From sequence record PZ049716.1: a stretch of 18,895 nucleotides of DNA. One strand, 5' to 3'. A program made the translations under genes and the position numbers. The stretch is from a phage. The notes under the pieces were generated by a model. That model was given only the letters and a program-made list of their open reading frames with translations, was not told the origin of the DNA and did not search any database. Positions 1-9,047 of this stretch are shown in pieces; the stretch's first letter is position 1; each line of letters starts with the position of its first letter.

Positions 1-1804
1 GGCGCCCACCCAACAGCAGGCTATCAGTGCCCGCCAGGCCAGAGTCGAGCTGGCCGATGCTGGTGTTGGTCAGCAGCCTGGCCTGCATAGTGACGCCCGA
101 GGAGTACTCGGTCTCGTCGGTACCCTCGAACGTGTCGTAGAACCACACCCGCGCACCTGCCGCATGCTCGGCCGGCACGGTATCGGCGCAGCCGCGGCCG
201 AGGGTGATCGCGCCGGTACCCAGGTCGATGGCGTCCACCCGCACGATCTCGTCGTCGAGCAGCGCCGCCTGGCCGAGGGTGACGCGGTCCAGGTCGATGC
301 CGCCAGTCAGAGTCGCTGAGGTGGCCGAGATGCCGAGCGCGCCGATAAGCTCCGCCGTTGGGCACCAGTCGGCCACACCGCGATCGATGAACGAACCACT
401 CGGACCTACGCGCGTGGTGAGGTTGTAGCTCAGCGACAGGCCGGTGGGCTTGGCGGCCAGCGTCGACAACCAGGCCGCAGTGACATCCACCAATGCCAGG
501 TTGGCCCGGTCGATCAAGCCGGCCAGCTCGCGGTACGGCACCTCCATCAGTCTGCGCAGCGCGATGGCCTGCGGCGTGCGATCGGGCGGCACGTAGCCGC
601 TAGGCGGTACCGCGACGAACGATGCCGCCGGCAGGCCGAACACGTCCTGCAGGGCGGTGATGGTGATCGCGCCGGAGTCCAGGGTGCCATCCTCGATGCG
701 ACCGGCGCGCACCACCACCTCGGCGAGGCCGCGCTTGAGCGAGCGGATGCGGAAGGCGTCGGCCGGCCCGATGCCGGCGGCGCGGCGATCCAGCTTGACC
801 TTGTACTTGCGCAGGTTGCTGGCCCGCACGCGCATGTCGCGCTGTACCACCCTGGCTGCCAAGTCGGCAGTCGGGATACCCGGATAGCTCACCGTCTCGG
901 CAGACGGTCCGCCCTGCAGCTGGGCCAGCGCCGAATTGACCGCCCGCGCGCGACGGGTCTCGCCGGTGATCGCGTCGGTGTACTCCAGCAGCAGCTGGCT
1001 CGGAGCAACCATCACACTGCCGGTCTCGTCCTCCTCGATGCTGAGCAGGCCACTGTCCTCGTCGAACAACGGCAGGGTCTCGACGTCGTAGTCGTCGCGG
1101 ATCAGCTTGAGGGTGATCAGCCCGGTGTTGCGGTCGGGCCCGGAGTAGGCGCCGATGTGGTCGCAGATCTGCTCGCGGAACTCGGCCAGGGTGCCGGACG
1201 AACGCTTCCAGCCGATGCACAGGCCGAAACCCTCGTTGTATAGCTGCAGTGCCGCTGCACGGAACGCCGTATCGTCCAGAAGCGAGCGATCGAGGCCGAG
1301 GCCGTTCTCGCGGTTGGTGTAGACCTCATAGAGGATGTGCGCCGCGTTCATCGCCCGCACCTGGCCGCCTTCCAGATCGATGGCGCAGGTCTCGGGGTAC
1401 CACACCGCGCCGTCCCAGCCCTTCAGGCGGCGGTAGCGCAGCAGCTCCCAGGCCTTCGGGTACGGGTTGTTCGAGGTCACCAGGCCGGTATAGAAGAAGC
1501 CGGCGAAGCCGCGAAAGTTCGGCACCAGCCCGCCCAGCGCCGAGGCCAGGCGCGCGTTGGGCGGCTGGTCCTCCTCACCCAGCATCAAGTCGAGCTCGCC
1601 GGCGATGCCGCCTTCGCCCTTGTCGCCGCCGAACAGGTTCGGCGCGTCGATATTGATGGTCTGGTTGCTGGTGGCATTGCCGGTCCAGGCCGTCTTGCCG
1701 CTAGCACGGATGGCCAGCAGGCCGTCGACGGCCTTGGCGATCGCGCCATGGATGTCGAAGCTGTAGCGGAAACCGACCGTCTGCGACTTACTGCTGCTGC
1801 CCAT
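1..1804 (-). CDS. Tail-tip host-specificity protein (lambda J-like), N-terminal ~600 codons; gene continues beyond the window start
   Basis: Minus-strand frame open from ATG at 1804 to position 1 with no stop (absent from the ORF track because it has no in-window stop). N-terminus MGSSSKSQTVGF...AVDGLLAIRASGKT resembles the MGKGSSKG...VDGLKSVLL start of lambda J-type proteins. Last gene of the tail-tip cluster. Confidence 0.55.
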   Translation of the reverse strand, partial: MGSSSKSQTVGFRYSFDIHGAIAKAVDGLLAIRASGKTAWTGNATSNQTINIDAPNLFGGDKGEGGIAGELDLMLGEEDQPPNARLASALGGLVPNFRGFAGFFYTGLVTSNNPYPKAWELLRYRRLKGWDGAVWYPETCAIDLEGGQVRAMNAAHILYEVYTNRENGLGLDRSLLDDTAFRAAALQLYNEGFGLCIGWKRSSGTLAEFREQICDHIGAYSGPDRNTGLITLKLIRDDYDVETLPLFDEDSGLLSIEEDETGSVMVAPSQLLLEYTDAITGETRRARAVNSALAQLQGGPSAETVSYPGIPTADLAARVVQRDMRVRASNLRKYKVKLDRRAAGIGPADAFRIRSLKRGLAEVVVRAGRIEDGTLDSGAITITALQDVFGLPAASFVAVPPSGYVPPDRTPQAIALRRLMEVPYRELAGLIDRANLALVDVTAAWLSTLAAKPTGLSLSYNLTTRVGPSGSFIDRGVADWCPTAELIGALGISATSATLTGGIDLDRVTLGQAALLDDEIVRVDAIDLGTGAITLGRGCADTVPAEHAAGARVWFYDTFEGTDETEYSSGVTMQARLLTNTSIGQLDSGLAGTDSLLLGGR

Positions 1805-2027
1805 GCTCGGCCTCCACCTTGCGTGCGTGCTCCACCAGATGCAGCGCCAGCGCGTTGCCGGTCGCGATCAGCACCTGGGCGTCGATACCCTCGCGCACGA
1901 ACGCCAGCCAATCGAGGTCATGCTCGGCGAAGAAGGCCCGGCTCTGCCGCGCGCAGTAGCCGGTGCGGGTAGTCCAGGTCGGCACCGTATGCAGGTGCTG
2001 AATGGTCACAATCAACGGCTCGCTCAC
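1788..2027 (-). CDS. Hypothetical small protein (79 aa) in tail-tip cluster
   Basis: ORF track; its ATG overlaps the stop of the upstream ORF (ATGA at 2024-2027) and it overlaps the J-like start by 17 nt; no family recognised by eye. Confidence 0.4.
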   Translation of the reverse strand: MSEPLIVTIQHLHTVPTWTTRTGYCARQSRAFFAEHDLDWLAFVREGIDAQVLIATGNALALHLVEHARKVEAEHGQQQ

Positions 2028-2263
2028 TTCTTACCACCCTTGCTCTTGATCGCCCGGCTGCGCTGGTTGCGCACCGTGAGCACCATCCAGTCCTTGCCCC
2101 ACACCTGGCCGAAGACCCACTCCTTCTCGGTGCCCTCGTCGCAGCGCGGAAAGTCGAAGTCCTGGAACGCGGCCGGCTTGGGCTTCGGCGGCTTGGGCGC
2201 CAGGGCGCTGTTGATCAGGTAGGACGCCACCATGATGATGATGTTGATCGTGATCGGATCCAT
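2024..2263 (-). CDS. Small membrane-anchored protein (79 aa), possibly tail assembly related
   Basis: Trimmed from track ORF 2024..2650 (the upstream part overlaps the DUF2163-like gene out of frame). ATG at 2263 lies 2 nt after the DUF2163-like stop. N-terminal hydrophobic helix (ITINIIIMVASYLINSALA) followed by a KPPKPKP linker. Confidence 0.45.
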   Translation of the reverse strand: MDPITINIIIMVASYLINSALAPKPPKPKPAAFQDFDFPRCDEGTEKEWVFGQVWGKDWMVLTVRNQRSRAIKSKGGKK

Positions 2264-2265
2264 GC

Positions 2266-3087
2266 CTAGAACACCTGTTCGCCGTCGAAAGGACTTTTGC
2301 CATCCATCTGCGGCGTGGCGCGCAGGTTGGCGAGGTTGCCGAACTTGCTGTTGCAGGTGGCGGCGGTGAAATCGCAGCCGGGGTAGACCCGGATCGCCTG
2401 CCCGCCCGCCAGCGCCAATGTGCCGCCCAGCAGGGTCAGCACGCTGCCGGCATGGCTCTCGACCGCGCGACGGTCGTACTCGCCCTGGCCGATCGGCCAC
2501 TCCACCCAGCCGCCACTGAACCAGCCGTCCGGATACGCCGCAAAGGTGCCACTGCTGATGCTGGAACCCGTCAGAGACTGGATGGTGGTCTCGACCCGGA
2601 GCGGGTTCATGTCGACGCCGCACCAGGGCGAGCCCAGGTAGGTGGTGCAAGTTCGGGCGAAGGTATCGACCAGGCCGGGGCGCTGCATCTCCGAATCGAT
2701 GTCCTGGCAGGTGATGCTGCAGCTATCCAGCGTCGGCCAGCGCACGTTGTCGATGTTGCCGGTGTAGCGCCATTTGCGCTCGGTCTCGCCGTAGTGGCCG
2801 TCGTAGATCAGCACGCCGATCCTCGCGGTGGGCATGCTGTTGCGAAACTGCTGCACCACCTCCAGATCGGCCGGCGCGGTAATCACCAGCGCATCCTGCT
2901 TAGCGACTCCGGTCTGGATCAGGCCGCGGTCGCTGATGCCGCCGCGCACGGCGCGATAAACCTGGGTGCCCACGGCGATGTCGCGGTCGCCGCTGTTGTA
3001 CAACCAGCGCCACACCCCTCGGCGGAACTCGTAGAAGCGCACCGGCGCGCCATCGGCCAGCGAGTACTCGCGGCTATCAAAACTCAT
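2266..3087 (-). CDS. Tail tip protein, DUF2163 / lambda gpL-like
   Basis: Start trimmed to ATG 3087 with GAGGAG Shine-Dalgarno 8 nt upstream. GDRDIAVGTQVYRA matches the FTDHDRDL..YRA signature I recall for the DUF2163 (BR0599) family; C-terminal cysteine cluster (C..C...GCDFTAATCNSKFGNLANL) resembles the lambda gpL Cys motif. Confidence 0.6.
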   Translation of the reverse strand: MSFDSREYSLADGAPVRFYEFRRGVWRWLYNSGDRDIAVGTQVYRAVRGGISDRGLIQTGVAKQDALVITAPADLEVVQQFRNSMPTARIGVLIYDGHYGETERKWRYTGNIDNVRWPTLDSCSITCQDIDSEMQRPGLVDTFARTCTTYLGSPWCGVDMNPLRVETTIQSLTGSSISSGTFAAYPDGWFSGGWVEWPIGQGEYDRRAVESHAGSVLTLLGGTLALAGGQAIRVYPGCDFTAATCNSKFGNLANLRATPQMDGKSPFDGEQVF

Positions 3088-4777
3088 CGTCACGCTCCTC
3101 GCGAAACACCGTTGCCCAAGCGGCAACGCCTTCGCTGTCCGTCATGTGCTCGATCTCCTGTTCATCGCTCTCGAAGCGCATCAGGTTCATCCAGCTGATG
3201 CGCGCGATCTGGTGCGGCTGCACCTCGACGCCCAGGGCGCTGTCCAGGCCGACGCGCTCGACTTGGTTGTCGAGTTCGGTCGAACCGATCAGCCGGCGCA
3301 TGAATACCGAACCGTCGAACAGCTCGATGCGGATATCGCGGCGGCCGGGCTTGCCGTTGCTGAACCGGGTGTAGCCGATGTAGGCGATGTCCAACGTCGT
3401 GGCAAACGTAGAAACCGTGGCCACCAGCGTTAGATCGTCCATGTGGCTCGGCACCCACACGACCTTTTGCCGGCCGCGCATGCCATAGATGAAAGAACGC
3501 ACCAGGGCACGCGCCTCGCGGCCGAGGTCAAGGTGACGCTGCCCCAGCATCTGCAGCGCGCGCTTGGCTGTGTCAGTGATCAGTGGCTGGGCAAAGCCGC
3601 TATCGAGCGTCGAGCGCAGGCGCTGCGCGCTGTGCGTGAGGCTCTCGCTGTCGTCAGGGCGGCGATCCCATACGGGGCGTCCTCTATATAAAGAAGTGGG
3701 CAACCACTCCGGCCAGTCACACGCCTCAACAACCAGGAACTGCACGTCAGCCTCGACCAGCTGATCGGTAAGTTTGCTCAGTGACGGTTCTTCGAGCAGC
3801 TGCGCCGCACGTGCTGGGTAAAGGCGCGTGCCAGCCGGCCAGGCCTGCTGAGTGTTGCGCTTGAGCTGCAGGCCGCCGCTGAGCACTTCCAGGATCTCCA
3901 CCGTCTCGCTGGTGAAGGCATCCTCGCCGCGCAGCATGGCCAGGCCGCCTGCGCGAAAATCTAAGTACTGCGTGGCACAGGGGATGAAATCGGCATCAGC
4001 AGCGAGGCTGACATCGAGCAGCTGGATGTCAGGCCAGATGGGCATCGACCAGATGCGATCGCTCCAGCCGAACAGCGAAAGATCAAGCAGCTGCCGCTCA
4101 CGCCCTTCGGCATACACCGGGCCGCTAAACTCACGGCGCGGCGCGAGGCGTAATTGGCGACGCTGGCTGACGGCTGATTCGCTCTGCAGGATGTCGGTGG
4201 AGGCGGTCAACCGCTCGCGGATGCCATCGCCCCAGTCCGGCACGAACGTCCAGGCGATGATGCGGTTGGCGGTGATGCGTAGGCCAGCTGAACGGCCGTT
4301 GTCGAACTGCCAGTCCACCACTGTATCGAGCACAGGCTGGCCGTCTGGGGTGACGGTGACCTGCCAGGTCAGCTCTTTCAGCGCTGGGAACAACAGGGGC
4401 GGCGCAGGCTGGCCGCTGACCTCAATGCCCTCATCGAGGCCTGCGATGTTGGTTAGGGTGCGCGGCTCCAGGTAGGCGTTCCACAGCATTACCGGGCTGG
4501 TCTGGGCGGATACGACGTTGCCGAGGTCCAACTGCAGCGGGTTGATGTGGACGCGGTTGTATAGGTCGTCGAGGTAACACCTAGCCAATGTGGCTGAAAC
4601 CGAATCGCCGTTGGCCGCAACTGGCCAATGCTCCAGAAGTGCTTGCATGGTAGGCGCTCGTCCAGCGGACTCAGATGGAGGCCAACCAATGCCAGTGGAA
4701 ATTGAGATTGGCGCCGACAGCAACGGATTCGCAATATCACCAGTGGCAGGCTGTACGAGGAAACCAGACAGAATCAT
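3077..4777 (-). CDS. Tail-associated structural protein, unknown family (566 aa)
   Basis: Start trimmed to ATG 4777 (MILSGFLV...), 2 nt after the stop of the upstream gene; its 3' end overlaps the DUF2163-like start; sits between the fibre-like genes and the tip protein. Confidence 0.5.
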   Translation of the reverse strand: MILSGFLVQPATGDIANPLLSAPISISTGIGWPPSESAGRAPTMQALLEHWPVAANGDSVSATLARCYLDDLYNRVHINPLQLDLGNVVSAQTSPVMLWNAYLEPRTLTNIAGLDEGIEVSGQPAPPLLFPALKELTWQVTVTPDGQPVLDTVVDWQFDNGRSAGLRITANRIIAWTFVPDWGDGIRERLTASTDILQSESAVSQRRQLRLAPRREFSGPVYAEGRERQLLDLSLFGWSDRIWSMPIWPDIQLLDVSLAADADFIPCATQYLDFRAGGLAMLRGEDAFTSETVEILEVLSGGLQLKRNTQQAWPAGTRLYPARAAQLLEEPSLSKLTDQLVEADVQFLVVEACDWPEWLPTSLYRGRPVWDRRPDDSESLTHSAQRLRSTLDSGFAQPLITDTAKRALQMLGQRHLDLGREARALVRSFIYGMRGRQKVVWVPSHMDDLTLVATVSTFATTLDIAYIGYTRFSNGKPGRRDIRIELFDGSVFMRRLIGSTELDNQVERVGLDSALGVEVQPHQIARISWMNLMRFESDEQEIEHMTDSEGVAAWATVFREERDDEF

Positions 4778-4778
4778 G

Positions 4779-5732
4779 TCATGGCCCGTCGTAGCGAATG
4801 GCCCAGCCGAAGGTGCCACTGTGGTCTAACGCAATACCGCCGGCAGGAACCGCTGAGTTCTTGCGGTAGAACGGGAAAATGATCCAGCGGTCGGGCCCCA
4901 GGGTAATAATTTGGCCAGGTTCATAGTTGTTGACCCTGACGTAGCGCGCATGACGGACCTGGCAAACCAGCGAACATTTGCTCGAAGCTCTCCACTGGTG
5001 AATTTTGATCGGGATGAGGATTGCCTCGTTGTTCCATGCGTTGGGAGATCTGCCGACGTGAGGCGCTGCGGGGTAAATTGCGTTCAGAGCACCGACGCTG
5101 TCCCCCTGGACACCTCCAAACCAGCTACCCGAGTCCAATCCGGTGTGTAACGTATGCGGCCAATGCGTGGCTCCCTGACTACTGTCGGTCTCCCAGAAAA
5201 AAGCGGTGCTGCCATACGCCGAGACACTGCTGTGAGCTACGCCTCCGTTAGTAGCGCTGATCGTGGCGCCCCCAGACGGGGCGGTGCCATAACCACACCG
5301 CGATGACGCAGAAAGCCATAGACCTGAACCAGGCAGTTCAGACTGGTCTGAGAGCCCGAATGACAGCCAATAGTGGTAGTCGATGCCGAAGTTGAGTACC
5401 AGATACACCTCATCTGGATTTGCATGGACCATGACATGGTACGTCGCCGGCCAAACCAACGCTGCCCATTCTCCCGCGCTACCTGGCCTACCGAGCCTAG
5501 GGCGCGCTGCGCTCGCGCCACTCAGAACGCCACCACTTGAGCCGGTACCTCCTTCGACAATCAATCCTGGGCCTTCGGTGGTGGTGGCTGACGCAGACAC
5601 ATAGGGCCGAACAAACGCCGAACCCTTGCTGAGGATCGTACCGTCCCAGGCCCATCCCTCTGCCACGCAGGCGCTGGTCAGTGCGCTCAGCAGATCGCTA
5701 TAGTTGTTTACCGATCCGGTGTAGTAGGCCAT
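4779..5732 (-). CDS. Putative tail fibre / receptor-binding-like protein (317 aa), paralog of the upstream gene
   Basis: ORF track; start overlaps the upstream stop (TGATG); N-terminus shares a pattern with the 280-aa protein (L..L....A..GW......L.KG); C-terminal half coding DNA is ~53-58% GC against >62% elsewhere. Confidence 0.45.
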   Translation of the reverse strand: MAYYTGSVNNYSDLLSALTSACVAEGWAWDGTILSKGSAFVRPYVSASATTTEGPGLIVEGGTGSSGGVLSGASAARPRLGRPGSAGEWAALVWPATYHVMVHANPDEVYLVLNFGIDYHYWLSFGLSDQSELPGSGLWLSASSRCGYGTAPSGGATISATNGGVAHSSVSAYGSTAFFWETDSSQGATHWPHTLHTGLDSGSWFGGVQGDSVGALNAIYPAAPHVGRSPNAWNNEAILIPIKIHQWRASSKCSLVCQVRHARYVRVNNYEPGQIITLGPDRWIIFPFYRKNSAVPAGGIALDHSGTFGWAIRYDGP

Positions 5733-6574
5733 CAGCCGTCCATCCGTAGTGCGTAGTAGTCATTGAAACCGGTTCTGGCCACATCCTGGATCACGACCCA
5801 GTCGACGCCGGCGACCGACACGGTGTTCTCCACCGCATTGTTGAATCCCGTAATCTGAGCCACCCCATCGAGATAGCCATAGATGCCGTTGGCATCGCTC
5901 AGCTCTACCGGGGTCACCGAGTACGTTCCCTCGGTATCACGCAGCTGGGTTGTGGCTCCGGCCAAATGGTCGTTGTTCCACGGGTAGCACTCGGGCTGAA
6001 GCCAGACACCGCTGTTGAAACGCTGGCGCATATTGGCCCTGGCGCCTTTGTACGGCATTGAATGTACGGTGTCCGAGAATCGGGTGGCCGGAGTACCGCT
6101 GAGCATGCCGGCACAGATCAACGGATCGCGGTACTGACCTGGGCTTGCATAAGGCAGGAACTTGCCCACGTAGCAGCTCTCGTACACCGGTGTGCCCACC
6201 TTCATCGCCAGGGCTATGCGCTGCGGGTTTACCGTCAGCCAGTAGTCGATGCGATTGTTGTGCGCCGGTACTCCGCTGAGCATGGCACCCGGCTGAGTAT
6301 CAAATGAGTTGCTGGGCACGTACCCCATAAAGCACCCCGCCACCAGATTGTAGTAGTCCGCGCTGACGTCCTGGTACGTGCGGAAGCCGACGAAGATCTC
6401 CTCCTCGCCGGTGTAGCCCGCGCCCTTGAGGATCAGCTCGCGGTTGGCCGGGGCGGTGTCGTAGCGCAGCACCGTCCAGCCGTTCGCCGAGGCGAAGTCG
6501 CGGATGGTCTGCAGCATCTTGTAGTGGGCAAGCGTGCCGCCCGAGTTGTCGACGAATCCGATCTGGTGAGGCAT
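5732..6574 (-). CDS. Putative tail protein (280 aa), immediately after the tape measure gene
   Basis: ORF track; ATG at 6574 lies 1 nt after the tape measure stop; N-terminal region paralogous to the 317-aa protein. Confidence 0.45.
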   Translation of the reverse strand: MPHQIGFVDNSGGTLAHYKMLQTIRDFASANGWTVLRYDTAPANRELILKGAGYTGEEEIFVGFRTYQDVSADYYNLVAGCFMGYVPSNSFDTQPGAMLSGVPAHNNRIDYWLTVNPQRIALAMKVGTPVYESCYVGKFLPYASPGQYRDPLICAGMLSGTPATRFSDTVHSMPYKGARANMRQRFNSGVWLQPECYPWNNDHLAGATTQLRDTEGTYSVTPVELSDANGIYGYLDGVAQITGFNNAVENTVSVAGVDWVVIQDVARTGFNDYYALRMDG

Positions 6575-6575
6575 A

Positions 6576-9047
6576 TCAGAGTCCCAGTAGCTGGCGCACT
6601 TCGGCGCCGTTCTGTTGCAGGTAGACGAGGAAATGCTCCTGCCCGGGTTTGCTCCAGGCAGCGGCCGCCACGTCCTCGGGGCGCTGGACGGCGTACAGGT
6701 TCACGCTGTTCTTGAGGTTGGTGCTCATGCCCTTGGCCGGCTCGGCCAGGCGGGTGTTTGCCAGCCCAGGCGATGGCAAGGCCGGTGCCGGCACGCCTGC
6801 AAGGCCACCGGTCGAGTGACGCACGCGGTAGTCGTTGACTGCAGCCATGCCTCGGGCGTTGAAGTCGTGCAAAAAGTTCAGCGCACCAGGTTGCTGCACA
6901 ACAGCTGCACGGGTGACGAACTCGTAGTTCGATAGCCAAGCCGGGATGCTGTCGCTGGTGGTAGTACCAGGGCCGGTGATATGGCCACCAGTGGAAGCGG
7001 CTACTGCCGCAACCGATGCAGCACTCGAAAGCGCATTGCTGGTCGAGCTGGCCACCTTGGCGCCGGCGATCGCCGACGCCATCGCTGCAGCTGCAGATGC
7101 CCCAGCCGATGTGATTGCGGTACCCATAGCAGTCGCAGCCGTCGTGCCACCAGCTGTGATCCCTGTGCCCATTGCCGTGGCGCCGGCGGTCGATGCCGTG
7201 GTGATGGCCGTTGCCGTTGCCGTTGCCGCGGCCGTCTCAGCCGCTGCATCAGCACCACTGCCGAACATGCCCATCACACTGTTGGTCAGCCCTTCAGCCA
7301 GGTTCTTCGCGGCCATCTGCGCCAGGGCATCGGCCACGCTCTGGCCGAGGGCGGTGACGGCCTCGCGCAGGTTCATGGTGCCAGTTGCCAGGCCAGAAAG
7401 CGCCGAGGTCAAGCCGCCCTCGATGCCGGTGCGCAGGGTCTCCTGCAGGAGCGTGGTGGTAGCGAGCAGGCGGTTGGCCTGGGCGTCGAGATTGTCCAGC
7501 GCCTGCTGGGCGGAGGCGCCGATCGCACCGGGCATCTGCGCCATCTCAGCCAGCAGCGGGCGAATCTCCTGCAGCTGAGCATTCGTCTGGCGGTGGATCT
7601 CCAGAATCCGCTCGCGCGCGCCGACCTCGCTCAAAAGCCCGGCCTGCTGCTCGGCCTGCACCGATTGTTCTTGGCGGGTCTGCTCGGCCAGCACTTGGTC
7701 GTACAGACGCTGGATCTCGTTGAAGCGGATCTGCGCCTGCTCGACGTTCACCAGGCTGTTGATGATGTTCAGGCCGGCGGTGTCACCGTTGGCCTGCAGG
7801 CGCTGCATCAGTTCGCCATAGCGCTGCTCGATCTCGATCGTCAGCGCCTCGGCGTCGCGGCCCTCGGCGCGCAGCAGCTGGGCGCGCAGGCCGGCGATCT
7901 GGCGGGCGTCAGCATCGAGCTGCTGCTTGCGCTCCTCGGCAGCGATCAATGCCTGGGCGGCAATGGCTCGATCGCGCAGCGCGCCGGTCAGGCCCTTCTC
8001 GGCCAGCTCGTAGGCGCGCACCTGGTCAGTGCTCAGGCCGAGCAGCGCGGCGCTACGCTCCAGTCCGCGCACGTATTGTTCCTGCTGTCGGGTCTGCTGC
8101 TGGCTGGCCTGGGCGGCGGCCTTGCTCGCTTCGCCACTGGCGCGCTTGGCATCGATCTCCTGGGCGTAGCGCAGCAGGGCCTGTTGCTGGGCGGCGTCCA
8201 GTTCGCCCAACTCGCCGCGCTCGATGGCGTAGCGCACGCGGGCGGCTTCACTGGTGACGCCAAACAGCTCGGACTGTTTTTGCAGGTTGGTAAGGAGTTT
8301 GTCGTATTCCTTGTTCGCCGCCTTGACCTCTTCGGTCTCAGTGGTAACCGGGATCTCTACTGTCGGCTTGGCTGGCGCATTGCGCAGCACGTCCTCGATG
8401 CGCTTGATCTCGGCGCGGATCTCATCGTCGCTGACAAAGCTGATCAGCCCGTCATCGCCGAAGAAGCGCAGGCGCTCGCCGAGGTTGAACAGGCTGTCAT
8501 CAGCGAGCAGGCCGCGCAGGTCTTCGAGACGCTGCTGCAGACCGTCCACGTTCGAATCAGCGACGTCGACGCCGAGGCGGCCCAGGAAAGCGAGAAAGTT
8601 GCCGCCCTCGGCCGCAGCAGCAGCCAGGGAGCCAGTCAATCGCACCAGGCTACTGACAAGCGAATCAACACCCTGTGCGGTCGCCGGGTCGCTCAGCACC
8701 TGGGTGAGCTTCTCGATCTCTCCAGCTGACTCCTTGAGCCCGCCCTTGGCCTCCAGCAAGTCGCCAAACGCGTTCTTCAGCGCCTGGATACTGCCACCCA
8801 GGGTTTCGCGAGCCGCGCGAGCACTGCCGCCCATCTGCGTCTCTAGCTCGGCCAGAATGATCTTCTGTGCATCGAGAATCCGCCCGGACTCGACCAGGGT
8901 CTGTATCTGATCCTTCTGTTGCTCGGTGAACTGCACGCCAACGCGCGTCAGTGCGGCCACACCCTGGATGGGATCGTTGAGCGCCTTACCCAGCTGGATG
9001 GCCGAGGACTTGAGGTCTTGACCCATTGCGGTGCTCATATCGAGCAC
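6576..9047 (-). CDS. Tail tape measure protein, main segment (frame continues upstream of the GTG the track uses as start)
   Basis: 823-aa ORF; N-terminus MSTAMGQDLKSSAIQLGKALNDPIQG is the conserved tape-measure core; long coiled-coil middle; Ala/Thr/Gly-rich low-complexity C-terminus. Confidence 0.75.
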   Translation of the reverse strand: MLDMSTAMGQDLKSSAIQLGKALNDPIQGVAALTRVGVQFTEQQKDQIQTLVESGRILDAQKIILAELETQMGGSARAARETLGGSIQALKNAFGDLLEAKGGLKESAGEIEKLTQVLSDPATAQGVDSLVSSLVRLTGSLAAAAAEGGNFLAFLGRLGVDVADSNVDGLQQRLEDLRGLLADDSLFNLGERLRFFGDDGLISFVSDDEIRAEIKRIEDVLRNAPAKPTVEIPVTTETEEVKAANKEYDKLLTNLQKQSELFGVTSEAARVRYAIERGELGELDAAQQQALLRYAQEIDAKRASGEASKAAAQASQQQTRQQEQYVRGLERSAALLGLSTDQVRAYELAEKGLTGALRDRAIAAQALIAAEERKQQLDADARQIAGLRAQLLRAEGRDAEALTIEIEQRYGELMQRLQANGDTAGLNIINSLVNVEQAQIRFNEIQRLYDQVLAEQTRQEQSVQAEQQAGLLSEVGARERILEIHRQTNAQLQEIRPLLAEMAQMPGAIGASAQQALDNLDAQANRLLATTTLLQETLRTGIEGGLTSALSGLATGTMNLREAVTALGQSVADALAQMAAKNLAEGLTNSVMGMFGSGADAAAETAAATATATAITTASTAGATAMGTGITAGGTTAATAMGTAITSAGASAAAAMASAIAGAKVASSTSNALSSAASVAAVAASTGGHITGPGTTTSDSIPAWLSNYEFVTRAAVVQQPGALNFLHDFNARGMAAVNDYRVRHSTGGLAGVPAPALPSPGLANTRLAEPAKGMSTNLKNSVNLYAVQRPEDVAAAAWSKPGQEHFLVYLQQNGAEVRQLLGL

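Noticed and set aside
24-1220. Minus-strand ORFs 24..365, 600..1220 and 1117..1329
   Set aside because: They lie in alternative frames of the long open J-like frame (1..1804) and are extremely Arg/Pro/Gly-rich.
4999-5015. Partial third match to the 21-bp motif (gaattttgatcggg)
   Set aside because: Only ~12 of 21 positions match, it lies inside a coding region, and there is no adjacent hairpin; probably chance.
6981-8729. 582-aa plus-strand ORF (and other long plus-strand ORFs such as 14352..15563, 15588..16397, 17644..18393, 1337..1972)
   Set aside because: All are antisense to well-supported phage structural genes, are Arg/Ala/Gly/Pro-rich as expected for out-of-frame reading of high-GC DNA, and lack ribosome-binding sites and any family resemblance.
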